DNA of 60,695 bases, filler included, from Sphacelaria rigidula (taxonomy: Eukaryota), in the NCBI GenBank assembly GCA_964200075.2. It is 8 parts of 8 records of this genome, joined end to end, with 100 filler letters (N's around TTAATTAATTAA, not from the genome) between each part and the next. Parts side by side here need not be neighbours in the genome. Positions count along the whole stretch, not along the records: positions 30,401 to 37,899 come from CAXNAA020014635.1; positions 38,000 to 45,498 come from CAXNAA020014636.1; positions 45,599 to 53,097 come from CAXNAA020014637.1; 5 more parts are not named here. The stretch is one strand, 5' to 3'. Positions 36,270 through 48,507 of this stretch are shown here, piece by piece. Position 1 is the stretch's first letter. Each line of letters opens with the position of its first letter. The translations under genes were made by a program, and so were the position numbers. The notes under the pieces were generated by a model, which had not been told where the DNA came from, did no database searches, and saw only the letters and a program-made list of their open reading frames with translations.

Positions 36270-38279
36270 GAAGATAGATATGACGTGTAAATGACACAAT
36301 AAGTTACGGGCAGACCTTTCCACTCAGAGTAGAAGGGCCCAGCCGAGACCACTCCGGTTTCACCACCAAAATCCGAGACGGCAACGTCACGAACACCGAG
36401 ATAAATTAAAATTGAAAGCGCCGTGGACACAGGGCAATCTATAAAGAAACACGCAAGGCTCAGGAGTAGTGCCGATCTCGAGGGAAAACACCCACAGACA
36501 GGACTTCAGGTAAGGACGCCATACAAGAACACCGTGAGTATGAGGAAATCGGCCATCTTGAGACCGCACAAGTAGGGCAGGAACTTTCCGCTGCCAAACA
36601 ACGCAGGACGGAGACGAACATCACTCACACGGCACGGGAAGGTAGAACACAGAAGATAGTGCGCAAGGAGGAGGAACAAAGAAACAAGGAAGAACGAACA
36701 CAAAACGAAACCCAAGAACAAAGCAGAGTATGATCAGTAGTCCGCGCGATACGTGGAAAATGAAGCCACCGTTTTGGAGAGGGAAAAATTGAGGCGCTGT
36801 TAGTCTCGCTCGTTCTTCCTCAGTACGCGGCTGTAGAAATGAAGGAATCGAGCCATGTCTTGCCAGGTACCTGCCGTACACGTTGTCCTCGAGCAGTGCC
36901 GCAGCACTTCCGCGACCCATAGACTTTCATTCGATCATTTTTCTGTTCATTGTCTTCTTTCGCACGCTTGAAAGGTGGATGGCGTAAACACCACCACCAC
37001 CAGTAATAACAACGAGAACCCACAACAAAATCACGCAGGGAACAATGGCTATATGAATCAGAAACGATCGTCATCGAGGAGAAGAAACTGCTGTTCTGCA
37101 CGCCGCCCAATACGGGGTCGATGCAGTTTAGGATGCTCGCGAAGCGCATACAGGTGTGTACGTTTGTGCGTGTAGTGTGTGTGCGCCTGTATGCGACGCG
37201 GACTGAGCTGGATTTGCTTTCGTAGGTGTCGTGCAGGGGTGGGGCGTCGGCGAGTAGTGTACCTTACTATGCGACTTGTGTACTCAAAACAAATTTCTCT
37301 TGGATACGCGGCTTGTTGACCCTTTTGCCATTCTAGGCGGGTTCTGGCACCTCGAAAGGGCTTGCTCTACTCTGTCAGGCGATTGTGGTACCTTTACGCG
37401 TCCTGTTGGGCATTGTTTACTAGTAGACAATCTAGCAATTTTTTAACCAAAAATCCAGATATCCTCCAATGTTCTCGGTACGTTTCGGCATAGTTGAGGT
37501 TTTTCGGTGATGATCACGGAAATTTCACGAACCGTTCTGAGGTGAAATTGCATGCACCGAATGACGCGGAAGTGTGTGTGTCGAGATCCTCTCAGATAGA
37601 ACAAGTGATCTCGAGGCTGCAGAATCCGAAGAACCCTTTTTCAGGCGAACACCGCCCGGGCAGGATACACCAGGCACGTTTCCACTAGATCCCCTTCTTT
37701 GGGATTGTTAGAAGCGGACTTAGAGCTTCCGAGTGGCTAGAAGCTGGGGACAAGACAAACCGGCACGGTGACTCACCAAACCGGGGCGTTGATGCCCACT
37801 GTTACCGTCTCCTCTCTCTCTTGGACACTTTCTACGATAGCCCCCCCCCCAAACCAGCTAAAAGTGTCACGAAAAAAATGGCCATACAGCGCCTGATATN
37901 NNNNNNNNNNNNNNNNNNNNNNNNNNNNNNNNNNNNNNNNNNNTTAATTAATTAANNNNNNNNNNNNNNNNNNNNNNNNNNNNNNNNNNNNNNNNNNNNA
38001 CCAACAGAGTCCAGCACAACGAGCAGCTGGGAATTCCCACGTTTGGGGTCGTTCTCGCCAATGTCGCCCATATGAGGCGCTTCATGCAGCCTGAAACCAA
38101 ACACCAGGCGCTGTATAACCATTTTCTTCGTGACAGTTTTGGGATGGTTTTGGGGGGCTATAGTGGAAAGTGTCGATAACAAGCGGCCTGATGGTGCGTG
38201 GGCGTTAAAAAAAATGTCACGACACGGCCTCAGTCCGTCTTCAGCTCTGCTTCCTCTTCGGTGGCATTTGAGTACTTCG

Positions 38280-38535
38280 AACTATTACTACGATAGCCCC
38301 CCCCCAATAACCAGCCCCAAACGGTCACGAAGAAAATGGTTATACAGCGCCTGGTGTCTGGCTTCAGGCTGCATGAAGCGCCTTATATGGGCAACAATGG
38401 CGAAAACGACTCCAAACGTGGGAATTCTCAGCTGCTCGTTGTGCTGGGCCTTGTTACTTCGATTGACGTGTAGATTTTGCCTCCCCAAACTAGTCACTTT
38501 TGTTTCGGGGGGGGCGGACTATCGTAGTATCAGTC
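38280..38535. mobile_element. Unclassified GAC-terminal TIR element, family E
   Basis: TACTACGATAGCCCC ... GACTATCGTAGTATCAGTC; same body at 37824-37899, 38000-38174, 48280-48507 and ~57425-57645. Confidence 0.8.
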
Positions 38536-38814
38536 TGACACGGTTGGCCACTAGTACACGCGTCATGCGCGCTTTGAAGGGGAACCCAGGTTGTGATACG
38601 TTCTGGACCTTGGAAGAATGCGTGCACAGCATGAATCGAGTTGTTATCGCACGCGTTGTCACTTTGTGTGACCTTAGCAAACCCGCCTATAGGCCGAGAC
38701 ATGTGTTTCGCGAACCGATTCATGCTGTACGCATGCTGTTCAACTTGTCCATAGCCTACAGTGGGGACGTTCTATAATGCGGATAACGTGCCGTAACGTG
38801 TGCCGGTGGCCCAC

Positions 38815-40371
38815 CGCGTACGAAAGAGACCGGGGCCGAAGGACATTCGGATCTGTGTGGACGCAAGCGGGGAAGGAACCCTGCGCTAATGTACTGTAAC
38901 CCGAGGAGGCTTTACACTTCTGCTGGTAGAGCGTCTTGGCACACTTTCCGGGGGCCCACGACAATGAACGCTCATTCACTCCATTCCCATTCTTCACCAT
39001 CAGTGACCCCATTAGGGTTGAGATAACGCGGGTTCCATTCCAGCCAAATGCGTTTGGGTTTTTTCTCACAATTCTGTGATTTCCGTTGTCAAAATAGTGA
39101 GGACGTGAGAAGACTTAGACGTATAATATTCAATCCTATAGACCCGAATGCAATGTGTGAAGCGCGGAGATATGGGTTGGTTCCTCGAGACCACGTACTC
39201 GTCCCAAGGTAGGGAAGGGGTCGGAAGTGCGACGAAAAAAAGCGGTGATGTTTCATCCTCATCGTGGGGACGGACATGCGGTACATTTCGGACGAGGTGC
39301 GATTTTGGAACAGTGGCCATCGAAGTCGCCGAATCCACCCTCTCCAAGTTCCTAGCAGATATGGGCTCGTGGCGGGTTGGTGAAAACATGCGCTTTTAGT
39401 TTGTTTTCTCTCCATCAGATCATGTCAAGCGCATTCATCTAATGTTTCCGGCACCTACAGAAGAATTCTTCAAGCGGGCATGGGGTGGGGGAGCTGTGAC
39501 GGGCGAGAGTATATATCGTGGGTTCGACAGTGCCTGTAACGTTTCCTCTTCAATGACCTGGGTTTTAGAGCACGTGGACCACTCATATTTCATTCATCGC
39601 TCTGGTTCGCATCGCGCTTCCAACTTTCCTATCCTTTCTAACATTTGGATGTAATGGAAAAGAGACAGAAGAGACAGGTACCTTCAATGAAGAGCGATGG
39701 GACTCGCCTTCTTTGGCGGCATCTGAGCCGCCGGCGTGAAGGAGAGAGAGTGCTAGAGCAGTTAGGGCCCTTTTTAACGAAGGGGATTCCCCTTTTCAGA
39801 ATCCACTTCAACCCCTTGACTGCGAGGGTAGGTCGCCTGCTTAGCCGGGGTCAATATTCACTTGAAAAAAGTATGCGTGATCCAGATGGACTACCCGCAC
39901 CGCAGCCTAGGGGTTAACAGGGGATTGGCCCGATAACGACCAGTCCCCAGTCCTATCGACAAGCGGTTTTGTACAGGTTCGAACCCAGATCTGCACGCAG
40001 GTTGAGAAATGCGGCGGGTCTGGAAGTGGTCGATAGTCCAAGTAGGTCCAACGTCTGTATAATGCTGCAGACAAAACATAACAAGGCAACACAGCACCTA
40101 CACACCCAGCCTCGAAAAAACACGCAGACACCCACCACTCACGCGCATTAGTTTCACTGCGAGCCCTTGCTGATCTACACACGGCAGTCTTTGTTCGACA
40201 GAAATCCGTTCTGTATTGGACGAATGGCGGCTGCAGGCGTTTCAAGAACAACCGAAAACGTGTCGTTGCTGACCGTTTTGTAAGCGTGTGCTGCGCGCGC
40301 GTCTCACACAAATCATCATTTCTCAATGAATTCCGAACAGATGTGAGCGAGGTCACGCATAATGTGCACAG
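38815..40371 (-). CDS. Partial spliced gene of unknown function; exons 40371-40143, 39791-39682, 39557-~39457, then probably ~39390-39199 and ~39073-38815
   Basis: The first three exons have AG/GT ends and matching phases (1, then 0): LCTLCVT...ETNAR-ESPSLKRAL...SSLK-VIEEETLQALSNP. The last two join as LPWDE-IVRKNPNAFGW, but the link from exon 3 is ambiguous. No domain recognised. Confidence 0.45.
39812..39913 (-). mobile_element. piggyBac-type MITE, diverged copy
   Basis: CCCC...GGGG ends, TCAA/TTAA flanks, core AAAAAGTATGCGTGATCCAGA reverse-matching the 97-bp family. Confidence 0.75.
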
Positions 40372-41383
40372 CTGATGAGCAGCTACGGCTCGATTTGCTG
40401 TCAAACAAAGACTGTTGTGTGTACGCTCAATCTCAGCGGAGACCAAACCGTCTCCGCAAGGTCTCAACACACCCCAGAACAGTGATAGCTACAGCACATG
40501 AGAGCGGAAGTGAGTGTGTTTGTGCTGCAGTACAGTGAGACAAGGCACGTCCCATGTTCTTGTTCTTCGGCTGATTGCAAACGGGCCCTCACTGTTTGCA
40601 GGGTACCGATGTTGAACGTTCGGACATGATCGCCCTGCGCGCAAATAAGTGGAAAGTAAAGCTGTCAAACAAAGACTGTTGTGTGTACGCTCAATCTCAG
40701 CGGAGACCAAACCATCTTCGCAATCATCAACGAAAAATAACAAAACATACCCAGTCACTGCAGTGTATCTATCCACAAGTGATAGCGTGCTGTCCACCTC
40801 CCCTGTCCGAGTACAGGTTGTACTCTGCAAACAGAGAGATTACAGTAGTGACGGTGTCATACTGTATACAGTGCGTCTTCAGGTTCTTAAACTAGAAAAC
40901 ACTGCAGAACTGCCGTGTTGTCTGGTGTTCAGTGTAGTATTCTGCACTTCATATACCACTGCAGAGTTGTCTTGTGCTAAGTGTACCACCCTGTACTCCA
41001 GGTAATGAGGTCATGTTTTGAGCGGTTCTTGAAAAGTCCTGTTCGTTTTTTGAAAAGTTCTCGAAACGTTCTGCTCGTTTTTCTATCACAGACATCCAAT
41101 ACCGGATCTGGAATAGCCTGAGACAACAACCAAATTGAAAAATGGAAATCTCTCACTCACCCTCACGAAACACTCTTGTGTAGACCCCAGAGCAAGGCAC
41201 GATGGCAGCGGCACGCAATCAGACTCATGGCTTGGGGCTGCCCAGCTGCTTGTACAGCAATCGTGTTGTACTCGCAAAAACTGCGTTCCTAGACTATATT
41301 CTTCTGATTGGCTGTCACAATCCTCCGCAGCTCCAACATGGCTGTCGCAAAATGTGTATTGCACCCATGAGACAGTGTATAGA

Positions 41384-41606
41384 CCGTTGTAATGCGTGAG
41401 AGGACCGCGTGCTTGGGGAATCGCATCGTAGTCCGAAACACCTCAGGATGGACGTTTTTCATAACAAATCAGGCGAGTCCCTGCAGAGACCACGCCCCTG
41501 ATCCCAAGCCCAACATCATCCCTAACCCTGAACCTAACCACGGGGATGTTTAAACTCCGATGCGGTCCTTCAAGCACGCCGTCCTCTTACGCGTTATTAC
41601 ACCGTC
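41384..41606. mobile_element. MITE family J
   Basis: Inverted arms TAATGCGTGAGAGGACCGCGTGCTTG / CAAGCACGCCGTCCTCTTACGCGTTA; homolog at ~52838-53025. Confidence 0.75.
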
Positions 41607-41643
41607 GACGCAAGCTTAGGCGCACAAGGAAATCGTCGGCACC

Positions 41644-42652
41644 ATACAACAGCCTGGATCCATTTTTGAGGTCCAACATTTGGGTGAGGTTCAACTCGGA
41701 AACGGTGCTTTCCCTGACCTGAGGCCATGGTCAATGAATTTCATATGGGCGACCTTATGCCCCCCGACCTCCCTAAAATTATTTTCGGGGGTCGCCCGTC
41801 TTCCGTGCCCCCAAAGCGGATGTGCGAGAGCACTTTTTTGCCTCGATATCGGGGCGGAAAACGGGACGTTTTAATCCCGAAATTGGTGCTTTCGCACAGA
41901 CGTTTTGGGGGCACGTAAGACGAGCAACCCCCAAGAACATTTTCAAGGAGATCGCGGACATGAAGTCGTCCACATGAAATTCATTGGCCATGACTTTAGG
42001 TCAGGGAAAACACTGTTTTCAAGTTGAACCTTGTTGTAAGATGAGAAGTAACAGTGCCGAATATACATACTCGAATTAGCGGTAAAACCAGTAACGGTCC
42101 ATCGTCAGAACAAAGATCGTAGGAATAACCGAATTAGTGAGATATTCTTCGTAGAATGATGAATAGCTCATGTACTGTACAGCTCGTATACAGACAATCA
42201 GCACGTTGTCAAAACATTGAAGGGTTGAGTACCAAGAGTTTAAGGTATCAACAGTTTGGATAAACAGTTTTATAGGGTCCAACAGTTTTGTCGACAGAGT
42301 GAAATGGCCCCACGCTATTTACTCTCTAAAGCGACCCACCTCAAGGAAGTCCACCAGTTTGTTATCAGTGTTCTAAGAGTAGAGACTGTGTTTAATTTGA
42401 GCAATGCCCAGGTGAAGGGTCAAGTTCAACCATCTTCTCTCATCGCACAAGCAAGTGTTCAACCAACACTGTGCAGCCTCTGTGAGCTCTCTTGTTAGAG
42501 CTGGGTTCACCAGTCGAACCAATTTTTCCTGTCAGGTCGACAGTTGAACACTGTGTATTTTATACACAAGCCACGATAGTCATGTATAATATATCTTCCA
42601 ACAAACCTCATCCAAATGTTGGAACCTCAAAAACAGATCCAGGCTGTTATAC
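41644..42652. mobile_element. TIR element with a foldback MITE (41687-42030) nested in its left arm
   Basis: Outer arms AACAGCCTGGATC..TTTTTGAGG / CCTCAAAAA..GATCCAGGCTGTT. The inner element AGGTTCAACT...AGTTGAACCT has ~150-bp arms, and its start recurs at 45449-45498. Confidence 0.75.
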
Positions 42653-42899
42653 TTTGACAAAGTAATTACAGCACCGGGATTCGGCGTACATCTGCGTACT
42701 CGTACATTCGGACGATTTCACACGCCGATTATTCGAGTTGATTAGACGACCCTTAAACTTTGCGCATGAGTGCTCTGGGATGTTTACAGACTCCAGAAAG
42801 CTCTACAGTATGCAATGAGTTTTTTTATTTTTGTCGTTTTTTGGCAGATATCTGGAATCCCAGAGAGCGGTCTGTCACACCGCCCCTGGGGACACCGGG

Positions 42900-43187
42900 T
42901 ATAACACTATATTCGTGAGATTCAGAGTGTAGTTTCAGATCCAGAGTCAGGATTTCAAACGAAAGAACTGCTTTATTTGTGGTCAATTCTTATGCGAAAC
43001 AGTTCGCTTCATTAATCAACCAATCTGAGTAATGAACATGCGTGTTTTGACAGCCTCCAATGTTGGTTGGTTAGTGACGCGAACTGTTTCGCATAAGAAT
43101 CGACCAAAAAGAAAACTGTTCTTCCGTTTGAAATCCTGACTCCTAATCTGAAACTACACTCTGAATCTAACAAATATAGTGTTGTAT
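42900..43187. mobile_element. Foldback MITE, possibly Tc1/mariner-type
   Basis: ~120-bp imperfect arms AACACTATATT...AATATAGTGTT with TA at both ends. Confidence 0.75.
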
Positions 43188-43260
43188 CTGACGGAAACAC
43201 GAAAAATGTAGCCCCCCGTTGATACGAGGTGGGCCAGCCGAGAAGCGATTCTGCAGTTTG

Positions 43261-43800
43261 CGGGCCCATTATGCGGCCAATACTTTGAGTTGGACCCTGA
43301 AATTTGGTATGGACACTGAGTAGGGCATAACAATAATTAAAAAATCTGGCGTACACAAGGAATTTTTTTTTCATGAGTTAGGGGCATTTTACCGATATCT
43401 GAAAACTGATTATTGCCCTTAACTCATGAAAACAAAAAACTTGTGTACGCAAGTAATGTTTTTTATTATGCCCAACTCATTGTCCATACCAAATTTCAGG
43501 GTCCAACTCCAAGTATTGGCCGTATAATGGGCCGTTTAGTGACAGGGCCAGAAGAAAATCGTAGCAGTATTTTGCAGGCCATTTACCGGCCCACGTTCGG
43601 TGTTTGTGTATTGAAATCATGTGTGGGCTCTCTCTTAAGGTATAATTAACAAAAGAAAGTGGATCAGGTGAAAAAATTCTCAATTTTCCCCAGTGGTTTT
43701 GGGCGTTCTACTATGATAAAGACCAGATTTCACGAGAACGCCCTAACCTCTCTATGAAAAAATAAAAATGGAAGGCCTGTTTTGTTTTTTCATTCGTCAC
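43261..43800. repeat. Foldback repeat family C
   Basis: Inverted arms ~43261-43387 and ~43414-43535; continues colinear with 6626-7200. Confidence 0.8.
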
Positions 43801-43824
43801 TCTTTTTTGGTTCTCCACCACACA

Positions 43825-45420
43825 ATAGACGGCATCTATTGCAAAAAATAGCAATAGAATCTGCCGCAATATGCGCCAATGTTGTCGTCGGTAATGTCTA
43901 TCGATCGACAAGTTTCTCTTTCTACTGTCGTTGGCAATGTCTATCGGCAGACCCCTTTCTCACACTTTTGCCCGGGCAGCGTTCTATTGTGGCCCTACAC
44001 CGAAAACCATTGCCGCCGACACAATATATCGATCGATAGCTTTCCCAACAAATTGATGACGGCAATGGCCACCGATAGACAGTGTGCCGAATATGCCGAT
44101 GACGGCGATGGCTATTGATAGATTGTGTACTAAAATCTACTGATGACGATGATGGCTATTGACAGGGTGCGTACAAGGTCTTTTGAGGGCGGCAATGCAT
44201 ATTGATAGATACATACTATAATCTATTTTGGTATACAATGCCTACCGATAGATATTCTCTGCCGTCTACTGCCACACCTACATTGCAACATACCATCCAC
44301 AGCGCATCGTATATTTTGTTAAAGCACGTTGGAGAAGCCAGGTGAAGATCCAGTGGGTATATTAAAAAACTACTTGCGAAGATATGACGTCACGATTCTG
44401 CAAATTTTGAACAGCTGTATGATGTAGGAATCCGGAAGATGTATGGACAAAATTTCACGAGTTTTGTTGTTGGTATAATGTTGGTCCTCAGGGTTTATTC
44501 CTCTGATGGACATGGGCGCTTGTAAGGCTCTATCGCGTGGGTGAAATGTGCTTATACCCTGGACAATAGACTATGTCATAAAACATTGTGGATGCAATAG
44601 CCTCGAAAACTTGACTGCCAATTTTTATTGTCAGTCATAATCGCGTGGCATCACTGTCTATCGATAGCTATTATTGTGGGCGACAACGGATTCGGAACAA
44701 GGGACATTATGTATCATTGCCGTGACAATGGAGTGGCCACGTTTTCTATCAATGCATGTTATTTTTTGCAATAGGCTCTGAATTGCGGCCACCAATGTCT
44801 ATTGCTAATCGCAGTAGGATCTACAACGCGGCCATCAATAATACATGTTGTTGGTCACAAAAGGAGATAAATGGCGCCCACCAACAATGTCTATCGCTGG
44901 TGACGAGATAATCTGAATCGCGGCCACCACTGTCTATCGCTGGTCACTATGCAATCTGAACCGCAGCTATCAATATTTTTTGTTGCTGGCCAAAACGGGA
45001 GCTGAATGGCATCGATCGCTAGCTATGTGCTTCGTATGCACGTTATCGGTAGACGTTTCTACCTTATTCCACAGAAGCGATGGCCAACTACCGCCTCAGG
45101 CAGTTGCGCGTTGATGTGTGAGGGATACTGCCGTTGATGCCATGAGACCACTGCAGTAAGCCACATCCTTAGCAAAAGCTATCGTCGACGTCACTGGCTA
45201 TCGATAGATGCTCCCTAGAACAATAATTGTCGACGGAAATGATTATTGGGAGATACCCCCCAAAATTCTTCGTTGGCTGCAGAGGCTATTTGTAGACGGC
45301 TCACCAAATCTATTGATGATGCAAGTGATCTTCATCCATTGTCATTGCCATAGGCTATCCATCGACTATCGCAACATCTATTGTCCCTTGCAATACATAT
45401 CAATAGATAGATAACAGCCG
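43825..45420. repeat. Degenerate CTATCGATAG / TGTCTAT repeat array
   Basis: Dozens of CTATCG, CTATTG, CGATAG and CAATAG units in both orientations around a less repetitive core at ~44290-44550. Confidence 0.65.
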
Positions 45421-48279
45421 ATTTTCGAAAATGGGGTTGAAAAAAATGAGGTTCAACTCAAAAGCCGTTCTTTCCCTGAGCTAAATTCATGACAAATGNN
45501 NNNNNNNNNNNNNNNNNNNNNNNNNNNNNNNNNNNNNNNNNNTTAATTAATTAANNNNNNNNNNNNNNNNNNNNNNNNNNNNNNNNNNNNNNNNNNNNAA
45601 GCATGTCTGACACACTTATGAGCCTCTTTTTTCGTGCAACCAAATACCCCCCCCCTATCGTAGGATGACTCCCTGATGCCGTGTGTCTAGAGGCAATACC
45701 AGCGCAGCTGGCGGCACTTATTAAAGTACCGCGTAGGTCGCTGAAAATCGCCGAGTCGGGGGTCGATGACGAATCGTTGTGCAGGTAAAGGGTCAATAAA
45801 TGTACAAGCGCAACCGTAGTACAAATATGTAGTGCAGTACAACAGCAGCGTTCAAAGCACCAGACAGCAAAATGCACGGTGGCACACTACAGTACATATG
45901 ATCTTTGCGTGGAGTAGCGGAGGGTCGGGTCAATGGTGCTGTACCGACGTCAATTCGTTCGTATTACACGAAAAACACCCGACACCTGCTATATCAGCGC
46001 CGTGTTCATATCTACAGTGCAATATGGATGATTTCGTTCAGATAGTGCAGCAGTAACAACGTATGCACACCACGGTACCTCGCCCTTCGCAACATATTGC
46101 CCGCCGAGACCATTTGGAACTCAGGTGGTACTAGAGAGATGGTGTGGACGAGTTGTCCATACCGGAGTCCACGAAATGGACTGGATGAACACAGGATCTT
46201 GGCAAGAGGGTGGTATGTAGTGTTATCACGGATGTTTGATTCACATACATAGTACAGGGTGGGGTCGGATGATGTACAATCAACACCCAGGTTGGGCACA
46301 AAAACAATGTGCTGCACGGAGAGCATATTTTGAGACAGCGAGAGACGGTCAACATTAGCTACTGAAGAATAAAAGGCCGACGGTACATGCGGCGGGGTGG
46401 GTGTAGCGAAAGGATGCACGCTGATACAGTGCCGGTGGTGGTAGAAAAGAGTTGGTAGCTGATAATGTACGGGCAGCTCATGTGGAAAAAATGTAAAGGG
46501 GCAGGAGAGCCATGGTATAAATTGAACTCTACATGGTGACTCGCGTCCGCTACAGAGTAGATGGGTATCATTACTGGAGCGCTTGCCACAGAGAGGCAGC
46601 TGGGACGAGCAGGTGAGGATGGTGGGGGGGCAAGTGCTATTGCTCGCCTACGTTCGCGTCGGAGTCGGCGCAGGGTGCGAGCGTCTAGTGTATCAGAGGC
46701 CCTTGAACTCATATCGCCAGGGATATATGATAGAGCAACAACTACAGACGGCTAGACGATGAACAAACGAAAGAGATGCGCATGCAAGGCACATGGTGAT
46801 AGTGTAGTATACACGGCAGCTCGGCACTCCGAACACAACGTAACTAAAAAAAAGGTACAGCAGAGGCAGTGCGGGAGCTGCAACTGTGATGTGATAGGGG
46901 TGAAGGCACCTTGAGAAGGGTGTAATGGTGTTCACCACGATTGTTCCAGGTTCAGACCTCAGTGTACGTTGTTTGTTTACTCGGCTCAGCAGCGCGGGCT
47001 GACCATAGTCGCTCCTAAGTATTTCACACAAAGAGACAACAAGCAATTACAGACGAGTAGCACCGTTTTTGTTTCACACAATTGATTGTATCCGAGCTTC
47101 ATCTACAGCTTCAGGAACAGAACACAAATATAACACAAACCAAAACAGGCCTATGTAAGGACGACGTATCAAAGGGGGAACAGACTGAGGCAGAGGCTGT
47201 CCCAAGAGATGTCGTCCTGATGCCGAAGGAACTCCGAAGCTGACGATGGTTTCCTCTTGTGAGATGTAGGCAAGAAGTGGGTCAGACATGGAGTGGTCGC
47301 TGGAGGCGACCGAGTTCCTCGGGGGATGTTGGATCGTCCTGAATATTAGGCTCTTCCTGGCATCACCCCGAGTTGTCTAGTTTCGTTGGCATTACAGGGT
47401 CCTCGGGGAATCTTGTCCTTCCGGAACGTTCCTCCCTCGTACCTGTTTGCCTTTGGTCTGAGTACATGTGTAACATCAGTCTCTGATATGTCACTGCAAG
47501 GGGATATCTCCCACACAGTGACCTTTTTGTGAATCGGCATCATTTTTACTTGAAAACCACGGAAAATGATGCCCATCCACAAAAAGCCCCCTGCGTGCAA
47601 ACACCATGTTTCTTGGAGCCCGGTCCCAAAAGGGTAAATGTGGGTCTACATGGCATATGGTATAAGATAATTTCGTGAAAGAGTAATGGAGACATGATGA
47701 GAAAAAAAGGTATAAATGCCACCGATGCACCGAGCAACTTCACACAGTTTTGGCATACACTAAATGTATCACTCAATCCCTTCCTGAAGCAGATAACGGG
47801 AAAGGGTCGATGTAGAGGAGAGTGAAAAGAATAATAGTTGCAGGCGTGAATGCAAGCTGTGAATCCCTCAACAAACTCTCTCCGTCAGACCCTTCCGATT
47901 GCTCTGCACACTAGAATCTATATACGATAGATTATTCAGCACTCGACACACCCGTACTCGATCCTTACAATTTGATTGATCGATTGATTGAGCTATTTGT
48001 CTTCAAGTACGTTTTGTCCAGCCCTACCATGGATATCTATGCACTACAAACTATACGGTAGATCTAATCTCATAAGGCATAGCAGTAAGATCGAAAATGC
48101 TTACACTCAACCGTCATTTATTGTACCACCATTTGGTGTATCTGCGTTTGAATTGTAAGGCGTGTGCCATAAAGCTCAGAAGCGTTGCAAGACATTCTCA
48201 GGATATGCGGGTCCGCTGATAGTTCGTAGGTTCCGTGAGTGACGCATTGTACCGCGCTTGACACTGTCACGATGGCGAT

Positions 48280-48507
48280 GACACTTTCTACCATAGCCTC
48301 ATATGGGCGAAATCTACACGTAAATCGAAATGAAAAAAGCCGAAGACAACGAGGAGCTGGGAATTCTAACGCTTGGGTTTGTTTTCGCCATTGTCGCCCG
48401 TATGAGGCGCTTCATTCAGCCTAAAACCAAACATCAGGCTCTCTATGGCCATTTTCTTCGTGGCAATTCCGGGCTGGTTTTTGGGGGGGGCTATCGCGGA
48501 AAGTGTC
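48280..48507. mobile_element. Unclassified GAC-terminal TIR element, family E
   Basis: GACACTTTCTACCATAGCC ... GGCTATCGCGGAAAGTGTC. Confidence 0.8.

Noticed and set aside
36820..37149. Possible LINE C-terminal remnant (GQRVRQVPGKTWLDSF)
   Set aside because: Only a vague resemblance; no RT or endonuclease motifs nearby.
37824..38174. Single element spanning the spacer at 37900-37999
   Set aside because: These are two separate truncated family-E copies on different contigs.
38973..39045. KDZ transposase-like motif NPRY...GVTDGEEWE on the minus strand
   Set aside because: Followed directly by a stop, with no upstream H..CQ or other KDZ motifs; another frame splices better.
39260..39352. Kinase Gly-loop-like ELGEGGFG on the minus strand
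   Set aside because: No following V or VAxK motif, and a stop within ~30 codons.
43825..45420. CRISPR-like array
   Set aside because: Repeats are short, degenerate and bidirectional, in eukaryotic DNA with no cas genes.
45690..47450. Scattered exon candidates in contig 7 (similar ones in contig 5)
   Set aside because: No phase-consistent chain or recognisable product.
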